Assembly (NCBI RefSeq): GCF_044704955.1
Contig: NC_091995.1
Coordinates: 17,608,001-17,672,000, forward strand
DNA length: 64,000 bases
Reading direction: 5' to 3'
Origin: Pristiophorus japonicus
Taxonomy: Eukaryota
The notes under the pieces were generated by a model. That model was not told the DNA's origin, searched no databases, and saw only the letters and a program-made list of their open reading frames with translations. Numbering within the stretch: the first letter of the stretch is position 1; the number at the start of each line of letters is the position of its first letter. Below are positions 27,211-40,539 of this stretch, piece after piece. Both the position numbers and the translations under genes were made by a program.

Positions 27211-28664
27211 GTGAGTAGAAAAGATCCGAGTTCAGTTTACGAATCTCCCAATATTTTTAAAGTTTAATGGCTTTGCGTGTGTAATGCTCCCAGATTTCAG
27301 TTCGGGTTTGGGAATTGTGCCCGTGTTTCAACATCACTTTCAACATACATCGGGTACAATTCGTTAATATGCCGCATAGCTAAATTGAATCTGGCTATTC
27401 AAGGCACGGTGCTTTAAGAATAGGATTATATGGGCTTCAAACTACTCACAGACCCCACCATCTGAAAGTGAGGGTTATCTCAAAATGGTATTTTGGATTA
27501 TCCCCTGCATTTTCTTCCCTGCCACCTTGCATCTGGCATCTCTGTTAGAGCAGCTATGTTCATCCTTTTTACGTTTTTTTTACAAGGCTAATAAATCTGC
27601 GCTTTTCTAGTCATTTGTTTTCTTCATAACGAAGCACGAGAACACGCGGGAACAGGCTAACCTGTCACTCCACCTCCGGCACTTGCATGTCTCCCTTGTG
27701 CCTAAATAATTTGAACGAAACACAATGCGCAAGATGCGATCTGACCAGAGCACCATGCGTTTGGATCACCACATGATATAAAAGGAAACACGCTTCCTTT
27801 AAAATAAATTGTTCCTAGATGTGCAGCAATTATTGCCCTTGAGAAGGTGGTAGTTAGCCGCCTGGTTCAACCGTTGCAGTCCGTGTGGTGAAGCTGCTGT
27901 TAGGGTGGGAGTTCCAGGACGTTGATCCAGCGACGATGAAGGAACGATGAAGCAATGGCGATATATTTGCAAGTTTCGATGGTGTGTGACTTGGAGAGGA
28001 ACTTGGAGGTGGCGGTGTTCCCATGCGTCAGCTGCCCTTGTCCTTCTACGTGGTAGAGGTCGCGGGTTTGGGGGTACTGTCGGAGATGCCTTGGTGAGTT
28101 GAATGAAACAATCTTTAGTTGAAATGAACTGTTTTCGATATAAGCCTTTATTTTGAACAGATTAGCGTCTTCGGTAAAATGAATGGAATATGGAATGCCA
28201 TAATTGCGACAAATAATGATATATTTTTTCAGTTTCCACAGGGATGCAGCAGCTCACATTTCAGATGAAAATAGGAAAATACCTTTCGTTAACGTATAGA
28301 GCCCACTGGAATGATACTTCAGTTTTCATAACTTACCACTGAGCAATCAAAATATAATTATTAAATTGCAATCTAGTGATTTTCGTTATTCTATATCGAT
28401 TTTAGTTTTAAGTTAATGGGAGGGGTGGTTGGTGGTGGTGGATTTGGGGGAGGGCGGGGGGTTTGCGGGCGGTGAAAGTAGACAATGGCTGGATTGCATT
28501 GATCGCCTGTGATACACTTCGCTTGGTATTGCATCCCATTCCTTTAAAATAATAATTAATACTGGGTGCACCAAAGCAAAATACTGTGGATGTTGGAAAT
28601 ATGAACTAAACACAGAACATGCTGGAAATATTCAGCAGGTCAGGTAGCATCTATGGAGAAAAAC

Positions 28665-29087
28665 AAAGCCTTGCACTTATATTGAACCTTTCATGACCAC
28701 CAGACGTCTCATAGCACTTTACAGCCAGTTAAATAACTTTGGAGTGCAGTCACTGTTGTAATGCCCACAGCATGCTCATGCAAACAGCAATGTGGTAAGA
28801 CCCAGATCAGCTGTTTTTGTGCTGTGCATTGAGGGTTAAAATTGTCCAGAACACAGGGGATAATTCCCCTGCTCTTAAAAACTGTGCTTTTACGTCCACC
28901 TAAGAGAGCAGACGGGGATTTGATGTAACGTCTCATCTGGAAGACGACACCTCCGACTTTGCAGCACTCCCTCAGCACTGCACTGGACTGTCAAGCTGAG
29001 AGTTTTGTGCTCAAGTCCCTGGAGTGGAACTTGAACCCATAACCTTCTGAGCCAGAGGCGAGTGTGCTACCCACTGAGTCACAGCTG
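28665..29087 (-). mobile_element. Deu-domain tRNA SINE
   Basis: Reverse complement of the full head, core and tail. Confidence 0.8.
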
Positions 29088-29362
29088 AGGCAAACAAGTT
29101 AACATTTCAGGTTTCTAATGAAAGCTTCATCAATGCCTAATGTGAACTCGGTTTCTCTGTCCACGGATGTTGCCAAACCTGCTGAGAATTTCTAGCGTTT
29201 TCTGTTTTATAATAGTGAATATTGGGCGTGCTGGGACAATATGATTCTGCCTGCTTTGTGGACCTGTCCGTGTCCAATTTCACCCCATCATTTTCTTGTA
29301 TTATCTTTTACTTTAACCAAGCCCAATGGTACTTACCATATTATTGCTTTTGTTTCTGACAG

Positions 29363-29484
29363 GAGCTACAGTTGAGCATGTGTGCACTTTCTCCACACTC
29401 AACGTTGGATTACAAGTCGCAAAAACGGTGCTGCTGATCACTCTCATAATAACAGGCACAACGATGTATTTCTGTCCTACGTAG
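29363..29484 (+). CDS. Gene B exon 3: stalk + TM with Lys + minimal tail (RATVEHVCTFSTLNVGLQVAKTVLLITLIITGTTMYFCPT*)
   Basis: Strong acceptor ttttgtttctgacag|GA in phase 1; hydrophobic stretch with one Lys; TAG at 29482-29484. Confidence 0.8.
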
Positions 29485-29844
29485 AACTAAATAGACTGTG
29501 ATTCATAACAAGATACATCTGCAATTGCTGTTAGAAAATAAGTCCAAAGTCAATGCAAATTGTATCAGGAAGTTCTTTAAGGCGCCCATTGTGGATAGCT
29601 TTGTGTTCCAGCATTGCATGGATGCAGATTTAGACTTAGGCAAGAATAGATTGCAATTATGCTTTTTATCGCAAAGCATTTAAATTAAAGTTCATAATCC
29701 ATCAACAAATAACTAGAAGATGCCATTGTGTGTTGAAGGACGTGTTTATTTAAAAACATGACAAACGCATTCAATTTTCTGCTGTCATTTTCAGCATAAA
29801 ATGTTCAGTTTGTTCATGATCTTTAATGTTACGGCACATTTTTT

Positions 29845-30335
29845 TTAGCCCACGGAACTCGGCTGCCTATATTCTAACTCGCACCTAGTCCGGTCACCCA
29901 TCACCCCCTGTGCTCGCTACATTGGCTCCCGCTCCAGCAACGCCTCTGTTTCAAAATATTCATCCTTGTTTTCAAATCCCTCCGTAGCCATTCGCCTCGC
30001 TATATCTAACCGCACCCCCACCCCCCGCCCCACTCCCAGATATCTGTGCTTCTCTAATTCTCTTGAGCAACCCTGATTATAAATCGCTCAATCATTGGTG
30101 GCCGTGCCTTCTGTTGCCTAGTCCCTACGCTCTGGAACCCCCTGCCAAAACCTCTCCAAAGCTCTACATCTTTCCTCTTCTAAGACGCTCCTTGAAACCC
30201 ACATCTTTGACCAAGCTTTGGGTCACCTGCCATAATTTCTCCATATTTGGTTTGGTGTAATTTTTTTTTCATCTTATAATACTCATGTGAAACGCCTTGA
30301 GATGTTTATTACATTAAAGGCGCTATATATATACA
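29845..30335 (+). mobile_element. L2-type LINE 3' end
   Basis: …cacccatcaccccctgtgctcgctacattggctccc… (ITPVL…LHWLP-like) and tail aaggcgctatata. Confidence 0.65.
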
Positions 30336-33300
30336 AGTTTTTTTTAAAAATCGTTGAATCCTTCAAATAGCCGTGGGGGGGGGGGGGGGCGGGGTCGGGG
30401 GGGGGGGGTGGGTGAGGGCGGCGGGGGGGAACGCATTATAATTGTAGTTTTGTGCTGGTCACGAGTCTTGATTACTCACAATGTGACTCTATGAAAATCC
30501 ATGTCCACTGCTAGTATATTACAATTGTTCAAGTCTCGTGAACAGAATGTTTACAGCACAGAAATAAACAATTCGACCCTTCGAGCCCAAGCGGTTATGT
30601 GGTAGAAGTCAAATGACTTTACAAAAGTGACATTCTTATAATGTATTACATTTAGAATTAAATTGTACGTTATATTTTTGTGAATGTCTCCTGGGGCTAC
30701 TTTTTGTTATTTTTTTAAATATTATGAATCGTTTTGCTGTCTTTAATTCAATAGTGCTCGCCACGGGACTAACCTTGCTTGGAATGCCTTTAACTGAATC
30801 CTGTATATGATCTGCTCAAAATGTATTAAAAGCTACAGAGAACTATGTGATTTTTATTGAGACTTTATACAAGTCTTTTTAACATGACGTGATGTATCTA
30901 CAATATTTATGAAAGGGCTCTTGGAATTGTTTTCCTCGGTAAAGCGAATGCTTTTTTTTTCCTGTTTAATCCAAATTGTTCACTACTTGCTGGGTTCATT
31001 AGAGTTCCCATCCTCAACTTGTCAGCAACAACTTTCACGCAACCAGTACATCCTCTAAGGGATGCGAGGATGAGGGGTTCATAGTCTAAAAAATTAGAGC
31101 TAGAACTTTCAAGAGTTAAATTAGGAAACATTTTAACATACAAAGAGTGGTAGAACTTTGGAACTCTCTTCCGCAAATGGCAACTGATGCTAGGTCAATT
31201 GTTAATTTGAAATAAGAGATTGATAGCTTTCTGTTAATCGAATGTATTAAGAGATATGGGGCAAAGAGGAGTATATGGAGTCAGTTCGCAGATCTGCCAT
31301 GATCTCATTCAATTGCGGAGCAGGCTAGAGGGGCTGAATGGCCGACTCCTGTTCCTATATTCCTGAACATAGTAGGATTTTGTTTGTAGGCCGCATTCTC
31401 ATTTGATGACGGGCTGCTACAGCAAGTCTCCACATAAAATGCAGACTGTGAAGTCAGTTAGCTGGAATTATAATCCTGAAGGGATGAATGGGTTTTGAAG
31501 TACATCAAATAATAAAAAGCTCTCTCAAGATGCAAAAGTGAAACAACGAGAAACATGAACATGCAAACTTGCATTTAAATGATCGAAGCGAGTTCCGTAT
31601 TACATTGGTGATATTAATTATATTACTGACCAGTAATTAACATAATATTAATATAGAAATATCTGCCTGGGAACTGAAAGTTAAAATTTGGGATGTTCCA
31701 AGCACGGGATGTGTTTCTGGGCACAGAGGGACGTCGCTGTGGAGGGTATACTGCCAAGATAATAGGGTGGGGATGGATAGTTAATTTACAGTTTATTTCA
31801 GATACATTAGTGAATCTGGGAGTGTTGTTGCATATCTTCCGCTTAGAAATTAAATGGATGCACTACTCTCCATGTTAAGGCAAATTCAAATAGTCTGGAG
31901 TTGGGCTGGGGGGGCTGCAGGGGAGGGGGATAGTTTTGATTAGCTGAATGTTTCTCTGTATGTGTTTTGTTATGTCCACAATTTATAAATAATAGTAAGT
32001 TCAGAGTATTTATCTGTAATAGAAAGATTCTTGAACATATACCTACAATTTTAAATCTAGTAGTTATTAAGCATTTTATTTTATGCTATACTCAGCTCAT
32101 GAACCAGGAAAATGCCGAGGCTCTCTTTACCGAGAAATCAAATCGTTAGCATCTTATTAACATTGGTAAAAAACAATTAAAGTCGTTATGTGCCGGCAAT
32201 GAGTTGACTGCATCTCTCAATGTCATCACTCTATGGTTCGAACTGTACAACGACAAGAATTTATTTCCCGCATCACTCCAGAACCAGCAATGAGCGAGCC
32301 AAGACAAACACTTGCAGTGGGCCATGACTGAAATGCGAGGCAAAGCTCAGCGCACCATGGCAGTGAAATATTGAAGGCGCCATCAGGCTGCCCAGGACAC
32401 AGTCAAGTGATGCACTCAGCAGCGGCTCCATGCCAAGAGCCAGGCGCCATGAGTCGAAAGGCCACCTCAGTCTCATGACTTCTCTATACAGTATGAGCAG
32501 TCAGCCATCTCCTGATATACTGGTTTTCAGCTGGCACTTAGAAGAAGCACTAGAACATGAGATAGAAAAACGTGTTGTAGATAGCAAGAGGAAAGATGGT
32601 GTTCAAAAATAAGAGGGTGACTGCTCGTTTGCACTTCGACATTATTATATTAAAGTACAATGTGCACCTATCTTGTGCCTTGTCATTGATGGAGATTACA
32701 GTCATACCGGAAGGAGTGTACTGATTTGATGCTGAATTATTCACTCAGAAGATGACTATTGGCAACGTTATGTCCGTGAGATGAGGGCTCTTGCGTTTAC
32801 AAGCTGTAGGTTGGATAGTAATTTCAGGGGAGATCTGTTTTTAGGCAAGCGCTTTACAGCCAATGAAGTGCTTTTCAAATGTAGTCATTGTTGTGATTCA
32901 GAATCCAATAATTAATAACCAAAGTTTAAGGACGATTGGAAAAGCTTACAATCACCTCACTTCCGCCTGGACCAGGACAATTCAGCAATCTCAAATCCGC
33001 AGCGCCATTGGCTAACAGGCTCTGGTATGCAAATATTACATGGGGCCTGGCAGTCACATAGCGGGTTGGTCAGACAGTTTGAGGAAACTTGGGGGTGGAG
33101 GGGGATTATTGAAAGATGCAGAAGATGCGTCTAACAGATTTTCGTCATTAGATATCAATTCTACACCGCTAGGTTACAGCGAGGAAATTCACCCCTCAAT
33201 ACATTTTGTGTAGCAATTCCGCAAACTTTTCCTTCTTTAACTGTACACCCATTCCCGAAATTGTTGGTGCTAAAGAGCCGGACGTTTTGTCACTTGCTGT

Positions 33301-34142
33301 ATAGGGGAAGTTTCAAAGGTTCAGGTTTATGTTGCTCAAGGTCAATATACGCACTGAACATTTTTAATGATCGTTCTATCTTCATGCCAAGCCCCGGAAC
33401 CTAAGTTAGGTCTGCACAAATGCATCGCCTGAAATGGTATCTATTTGAGTGTGAAGAGTTTTAGATATTTTTATATGTCCTTGGGATGTGAGCGATACGA
33501 GCATGACAGAATTTATTGGCCATCCCCTGTCCAGGGTGCCAAATGAATTTGCTATGGTGGCGCTGATGCGCATTCAAAAATAAATTATATTGGTACTTAT
33601 TTATATTTATATTTAACATACTGCCACTGTGGTCGTCTCTTACATTTAATCATGCATAGATCCTCGTCTTGATCCCTCAAACACTGGAAACACCCTGCTC
33701 CTATGTAACCCATCACCATATTTCATAATGTTTAACATTTCTGTCACATCACCCTGGAATAAGTGTTAAACATGAGAAGGATAAATCCTAATAGAAAGGG
33801 GACAAAGTCAGAATGGTCCTGAGAGTGAGCCACCTTCCATTCTGGTCAGGAATGCACCATCCTGTTTGGCCTCCTATATTCCTAACCTGTTACACAATCA
33901 CAACTTTTGTCTTAATGATTATTAGCAGTATGCACATTAATACTCTCTGCTGCACATGTTGACAGCATTATCTATGGGTCCTCCACAGTGGGGAGGAAAA
34001 CTGCAAGAAATTGGGGAAAGAGGAATCGTCCCTTCCCATAGCAAGGTAAAAACTTTGTAACCTTTACTATTCAAATATGTAATTTCCTTCATTTCAAGAA
34101 TTCTTTGGATGAGCTTTATTTCCCTTTTGACTATTCAATATT

Positions 34143-34444
34143 GACTATTGACAACACGGCCGCCCTACATAATCAATGACATCACAATAACTATGGGTAA
34201 CACGGCCGACCTTCATCATTGATGACATCACAATGACTATTGACACCACAACAATGACTGCGGACAATATAGCTAACCTGCAGTATTAATGACATCATAA
34301 TTACAATGGACAAAACTGCTGACCTGCATCCTCAGTGACATCAAAATAAATGTAGCGAGCCTGCATAATCGGTGACATCACAATGACTGTTGGCACCACA
34401 ACACAGCCCAGTATAATCGGTGATAGCACAATTACTATTGACAC
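34143..34444. repeat. Diverged minisatellite, ~46-bp unit, ~6-7 copies
   Basis: Recurrent gactattgacaacac…cataatc.gtgacatcacaat. Confidence 0.8.
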
Positions 34445-34655
34445 GGAATTATTGGGTGTTAGTGGTTAATGGAAATTATTGTAGTTACTGGTTGGGGATA
34501 GTGGCTAATGTGTTAGTGATAGCGGCTGGGTGTTCAAGATTATGATTAGTGTTTAGCATTCGGAGTTAGGATTAGAGTTGGGGTTAGAATGTTAGGTTTC
34601 AGGGCTGGTGTTAGTGTGTTAGGTCCTGGGGCTAGGAATTTTGGATAAGGGTTAC
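34445..34655 (+). repeat. Degenerate TTAGGG-like hexamer tract
   Basis: gttagg attaga gttggg gttaga atgttagg tttcagg…gctagg…gataagg gtta. Confidence 0.45.
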
Positions 34656-34711
34656 AAAACCAATACTGGCAAAACCCCGTCAGTAGACGTGTCCTCTCCC
34701 AATGTACATTA

Positions 34712-35098
34712 TCCCTGGATTGGTCTCAAAGTGTAAGTAATCCCTAATCCCTGAATTTGGTCTGAGGGTGCAAACAGTCCTTGGATTTGGTCTCCTACCG
34801 TAAGTGGTCCCTGGATTTCGTCTCAGTGTGAAAGCAGTCCCTGGATTTAGTCTCAGGGTGTCAGTGGGCCTTGATTTTGTCTCACACTGTTTGTAGTACC
34901 TGGATTTCGTCTAAGGGTGTAAGTGGTCCCTGGATTTGGTCTCACGGTGTAAGTGTTCACTGGATTTGATCTCACTCAGTAAATGGTCCCTGGATTTAGT
35001 CTCAGGGTGTAAGTGGTACCTGGATTTGGTGTCAGTGTGTAAGTGGTCCCAGGATCTGGCCTCTCGGTATAAGTGATCCCTGGATTTGGTCTCAGAGA
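34712..35098. repeat. 30-bp minisatellite, ~13 copies
   Basis: Consensus gtgtaagtggtccctggatttggtctcagg; produces the 10-aa periodic ORF 34911..35168. Confidence 0.9.
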
Positions 35099-37659
35099 GC
35101 AATGTCACTGTTGTCACCTCCTCATCACAGTCTGGTTCACTCAACCAACTTTTCATGTTTTTTTTCAACTTTCTTTCTCTAGCCTTGATATTTTGCTCCT
35201 TTTAATGGTGTGTGTGTGTGTGTGTGGGCGGGGAAGGGGGGTGGGAGTGGGGGCTGCAGGCTGATGTAATATGTCTCCTCCCTGTCGAACTCCCTCTGGT
35301 TGACCGTTTCCCTGCTTCACCTTTTGCGATCAGAGTAATTTCATTAATATCAATTTTAACTGCAGCAGGAAGGAGCGCGGCGCATCGCTGCAGAGCAACT
35401 AAAGGCAACTGAAGGATGGGCTGGTTCGGAGCAACAAAGACCAATGGCAAAAGAGTGAATGGCCGGAGAGAAACCAGGAAAAAATGATTGGGAATCAGCG
35501 AGCACTTGGGATGGTGAGATGTGTGGAAACTGAACGGTACGTGACACGAAGTGGGGGGAGGAGCCCGGAGAAGTTTGCGAGCCGGATGAAACTGAAGGAC
35601 AAGAGAATGCCACGGAAATATATCAGTCATTTCCACTATGTAACCCTAATGTGCCTGAAGCCATTGCTTGTGATTTGTGATGAGCACTTACACCTGTATT
35701 CAGATTGTGCAGTTAAAGGTATCCCACTTATTTTATTGATGTATATAAAGGTAGGCACAGGCTCAATGGGCCGAATGGCCTCCTTCTTTGCTGCCTCATT
35801 CACTAGGAGGAACTAATGGAATGAAGGGGATGTTGATATCCACGAGTCAAACTGAATTTGTGGCAGGCATTCTGCTGGACAGGAGCAATGGGAGCATGTG
35901 TAGCCAATGACTAGTTGAAATCCGTTCTCATTTCCTTGCCCCGGATGAATTCATTCACAGATGAAAATTAACTATTTCTACAGGTTGTGAGAGCACCCCA
36001 CCAGCCCCCCCCCCCCATCCCCCGCCACCCTGAAACATGCTGAGAACAATCTATTCCGTATTCCTAATGGATACGGTTCCACAGCGCAGATCTTCACCAT
36101 TGATTATCACAAAAGTGGAAATCACCTCCAATCGGTAAAACCCTTACTTCCGGTGAAGAGGTTTGTGGCTCAAGTCCCACTCCAGTAATTGAGCACGTAA
36201 AGTAGGCTAATGCTCCAGTGCAATACTGGGGGAAGCGCGATATTGATGGGGGCACCTACTTTTTTCCTTGAGCCGCTGCAGTCCATGTGGTGAAGGAACT
36301 CCCACAGTGCTGTTAGGGAGGGAATTCCAGGACTTTAACCGAGCGACCATGAAAGAACAACGATATATTTGCAAGTCAGGATGGTGTGTAACTTGGAGGG
36401 GAAATTTGAGGTGATGGTGATCCCATGTGCCTGCTGCCCTTGTCCTTCTAGGTGGTAGAGGCCTCGGGTTTGGGAGGTGCTGCAGAATCCTTGGTGAGTT
36501 GCTACGGTGCATCTTGTAGATGGTACACATTGCAATCATGGTATGTTGGTGGTTGAGGGAATGAATGTTCAAGGTGGTGGATGTGGTGCCAATCAAGTGG
36601 GATGCTTTGCCCTGGATGATTTCGAGCATCTTGAATGTTGTTGGAGTTGCACGTATCCAGGCAAGTTGACTGTATCCCATCACACTCCCGAGTTGTGCCT
36701 TGTCGATGGTGGAAAGTCTTTGGGAAGTCAAGAGGTGAGACGCTCGCCACAGAATACCAGCCTCTTACCTGCTCTTGTTGCCACGTTATTTATCTGGCTG
36801 GTCCAGTTAAGTTTCTGGATTACCCTCAGGATGTTGATGGGTGGGGGGATTCAGCGATGGTAATGCCGTTGAATATGAAGAGTAATCCAGTTGGTCCCAC
36901 TCCACTACTCTTTCCCAATATCTCTGCCTTTTTTCTCATTCAAGTATTGACCCAATTCCCTTTTGAAAGTTACGATTGACTATGTCTACATACATGTGTG
37001 CCGTTATCAGGCCGCCGTAGGCCACGGTTTTCTGTGATCCACAATAAATCCAGCATTATATACATACGTTGTTGGATTATTTTTCACTCGATTTGTTTAT
37101 GAAATCAGCAATTAAAATAAGAAGTGCTGCAGCTAAGTGAGAAATCACATTGCATTTGATGTGATTTCAGATAATTGGGGGCTGCACTCTGGTCCATCCT
37201 CCACTCTCTTTCACTCTATCTTAAATGCACACTCTCAGATAAATGCCAAATCAGATGTTGCACATTTATTTTTCAGAAGAGCAGTTTTAACCTAAACCAC
37301 CAATCGGGAAATTGAGAGTGTCAGATGTAACGCTGCTTTTACACCCCGGCCCGGTTTTAGTCCTTGGAGTTCCGATCTTCCTATGGAATCCCTGCCCAAC
37401 GTGTTAGATACAATGATGCACATTTGATGAATACCTTTTTTTTTCCTGCAATGGCGTTTTTAAATTCAGAGTTTACCTATAAATACTTATTCTCAATTTC
37501 TTTCCCACTAATGTGTCCTCTTCTCTTGGAAATGTTAAAGTAGACAGCTGTAACTGGATCAGCTTAAGAAGGATGTGAAGGCCTTAGAGAGGGTGCAGGG
37601 ATATGTTATAAAAAATGATCACAAGCATGAGGGACTTCAGTTCCGTGGATAGACCGGAG

Positions 37660-40260
37660 ACCATAAGAAATAGGAGCAGGAGTAAGCCATTTGTCCCCTC
37701 GAGCCTGCTCTGCCATTCAATGAGATCGTGGCTGATCTTTTATCTCAACTCCACTTGCCTGCACTGTCCCCATATCCCTTGCTTCCCTTAATATCCAAAA
37801 ATCCAACGATTTCTGTCTTGAATGTGATCAACGACTAAGCTTCCACTGCCCTCTGGCATAGAGAATTTCAAAGATTCACCAGCCTCTGCATGAAGAACTT
37901 TCTCCATATCTCAGTCTTAAATGACCAAACCCTTCTTCTGAGACTCTGACCCCTGGTCTTGGACTCCCCAGTTAGGAGAAACATCCTGCCTGCATCTCCG
38001 CTGTCATGCCCTGTAAGAATGTTTTATGGTTCAATGAGATCACCTCTCATTCTTCTAAACTCTAGAAAACATAGGCATAGTCTACTCAATCTCTCCTCAT
38101 AGGACAATCCCCTCATCCCAAGAATCAATCTGGCGAACCTTTGTTGTACTCCATCTATCGCAAGTATATCCTTCCATAGGTAAGTAGAACAAAACTTTAC
38201 AGAATCCTCCAAGTGTGGTCTCACCAGTGCTCTATATAATTGTAGCAAGACGTATTTACTCATACTAAAATCCTCTTGTAATGAAGACCGACGTACCATT
38301 TGCTCTCTTAATTGCTTGCTATACCTGCATGTTAACTTCCTATGATTCGTGTACAGGTTCATTTGCACACCAACATTTCCCAATTTCGCACCATTTAAAT
38401 AATACTTTGCTTTTCTATTTTTCCTACCAAACTGGATAATTCCACACTTCTCCATATTATAATCCATTTTCCACGTTCTTACCCAGTCACTTAGCCTGTC
38501 TGTGTCCCTGGAAGCCTCTTTGCATTCTCCTCACAAATTACATTCCCACCTAGCTTTGTATCATCAGCAAACCTGGATATATTACATTTGGTTCACTCAC
38601 CAAAATCATTGATATATATTATGAATAGTTGAGCCCTAAGCATCGGTCCTGACAGAATCTCACTAGTTACAGCCTGCCAACCGGAAAAAGACCCGTTTAT
38701 TCCCATTCTCTATTTTCTGTCCATTAACCAATACTCAATCAATGCAAATATATTACACCCTAATACACCATAAGCTGGTTAAAGAGCTTTTGCGTGGCAC
38801 ATTATCGAATGCCTTCTGAAAATCCAAATACACCACATCCACTGGTTCCCCTTATCTATTTTGCTAGTTACAACCTCACAAAAACTATTAACCGATTTGT
38901 CAAACATGATTTTCCTTTCATAAAGTCGTGTTGACTTTGCTCAATCTTATTATTATTTTCTAAGTGCCCTGTTACAACGTCATCACTAATAGATTCTAGC
39001 ATTTTCCCTACTGCTGATGGCAGGCTAACTGGTTTAAAGTTCTCCGTTTTCTCACTCCCTCCTTTCGTAAATAGCGGGGCTACATTTGCTACCTTCCAAT
39101 CCGCGGGAACCATCCTAGAATCCATGTAATTTTGGAAGATGACAACCAATGCATCCACTATTTCTATAGCCACCTCTTTCAAAATCTTAGGATATAGACC
39201 ATCAGGTCCAGGGGATGTATTGTCATTCAGTCCCATTAATTTATCCAGTACCATTTTTTACTAATACTAATTTATGTTAGAGAGCATCCTCATTCTCACT
39301 AGACCTTTCGTTCTCCACTCTTTCTGGCAAGTATTTTGCGACTTCGTCCATGAAGACAGAAACAAAGTATTTGTTTAATTTCTCTGTCATTTCCTTATTC
39401 ACCATTATAACTTTCCCCTTGCCTCAGCCTGTAAGGAACCCACATTTACGATCACCAATCTCTGCCTCTTTACATACGTAGAGAAGAATTTACTGTATGC
39501 AAATTTGGCTTGACCAGTATATATGTAGATTAAATTCTCCCATGATTACTCTATCACCCTTATTATGTGCGTTTTTAATTTCCTGATTTAGCCCTGAAAT
39601 ACAACTATTGTTTGGGGTCTATAAACAACTCCCACCAATGTTTTCTGCAACTCGCTGTTTCTTAGCTCCACCCTTACTGATTCTACTTCTTGATTTTTAG
39701 ATTTAAGATCTATACTTTCTTCATACCATTCTTTTTTATCAGGGCTACCCCTCCTCATTTTACATTTTGCTTATTTATTCTAAAAGTAAAGGATCTTGGA
39801 ATATTTAGTTCCCAACATTGCCACTTTGCAACCACGTCTCCGTGGTTTATAGGTCAGTTTAACGTAAAGGATGCTGTGGGAAGGAATGAAAACATAATAG
39901 AACTTCACACTGAGTTTGAGAATTAAGTACAAAACGAGCGTCTTACATGTAAAGAAAGCAAATTATGTAAGTATAAGGTTTCTGTCTTCATGGAAGAAGA
40001 CGCAAAATACTTAACAGAAAGAGGGGAGAATGAAAGGTCTAGTGCGAATGAGGATGCTCACTAAAATAAATTAGTATTAGTAAAAAATGGTCTTGGATAA
40101 ATTAATGGGACTGAAAGCCGATAAGTCCCCTGGAACTGATATATCAAACCTATTAATTTCTATCTGCACTATTAAATCATCTATTTTGTTGTGAAAGCTT
40201 CGCACATTCAGATATAATGCATTTAGCTTTGACATATTTACCTTGTTCTCTGATGTGATC
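37660..40260 (-). mobile_element. Old fragmented CR1 LINE with a short inverted duplication (~39975-40140)
   Basis: ORFs 38024..38467 and 38868..39254 (SPGPDGLYPKILKE…QHDFMKGKSCL), and 40077..40268 (ALYLNVRS, endonuclease N-term). 39980-40135 is the reverse complement of ~39205-39360. Confidence 0.85.
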
Positions 40261-40539
40261 TTAGTCACTGATGCCTTATTACCTTTTTTAAATTATCCGT
40301 CCCTTCCTGATCCACTCTCTTTATTTTTATGCAAATCTCTACTCTGAACTAGAGCCTTGATAGACAGCACCTCAGACAGTACAGCGCTCTCTCAGTAGCT
40401 GACACCTGATCTTCTGTACGACTGTGACTGCTATCTCACGTATCATCTCCTTAGCTTACACAGTTACCCCTTGAAGGTTCGAGGTATGTGAACAGTCAAT
40501 AAGGAGGACCATAGCCTGGGGCACTTACTTGCCGGTGGA

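Noticed and set aside
28242-28293. Possible extra stalk exon of gene B after tttccacag
   Set aside because: No convincing donor in a compatible phase; V splices to the TM exon in frame without it.
31960-32800. Coding-looking stretch, possibly a Gypsy integrase C-terminal relic (…LRRSTRT)
   Set aside because: Stops in all frames and too decayed to assign without a search.
33005-33040. CCAAT-box plus octamer ATGCAAAT, Ig-promoter-like
   Set aside because: No leader or V exon found nearby, and a single octamer is expected by chance in 64 kb.
34712-35098. CRISPR-like periodicity
   Set aside because: Head-to-tail repeats with no unique spacers, in vertebrate DNA.
34911-35168. ORF with 10-aa ETKSRDHLHx repeats
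   Set aside because: A by-product of the 30-bp minisatellite; neighbouring units contain stops and indels.
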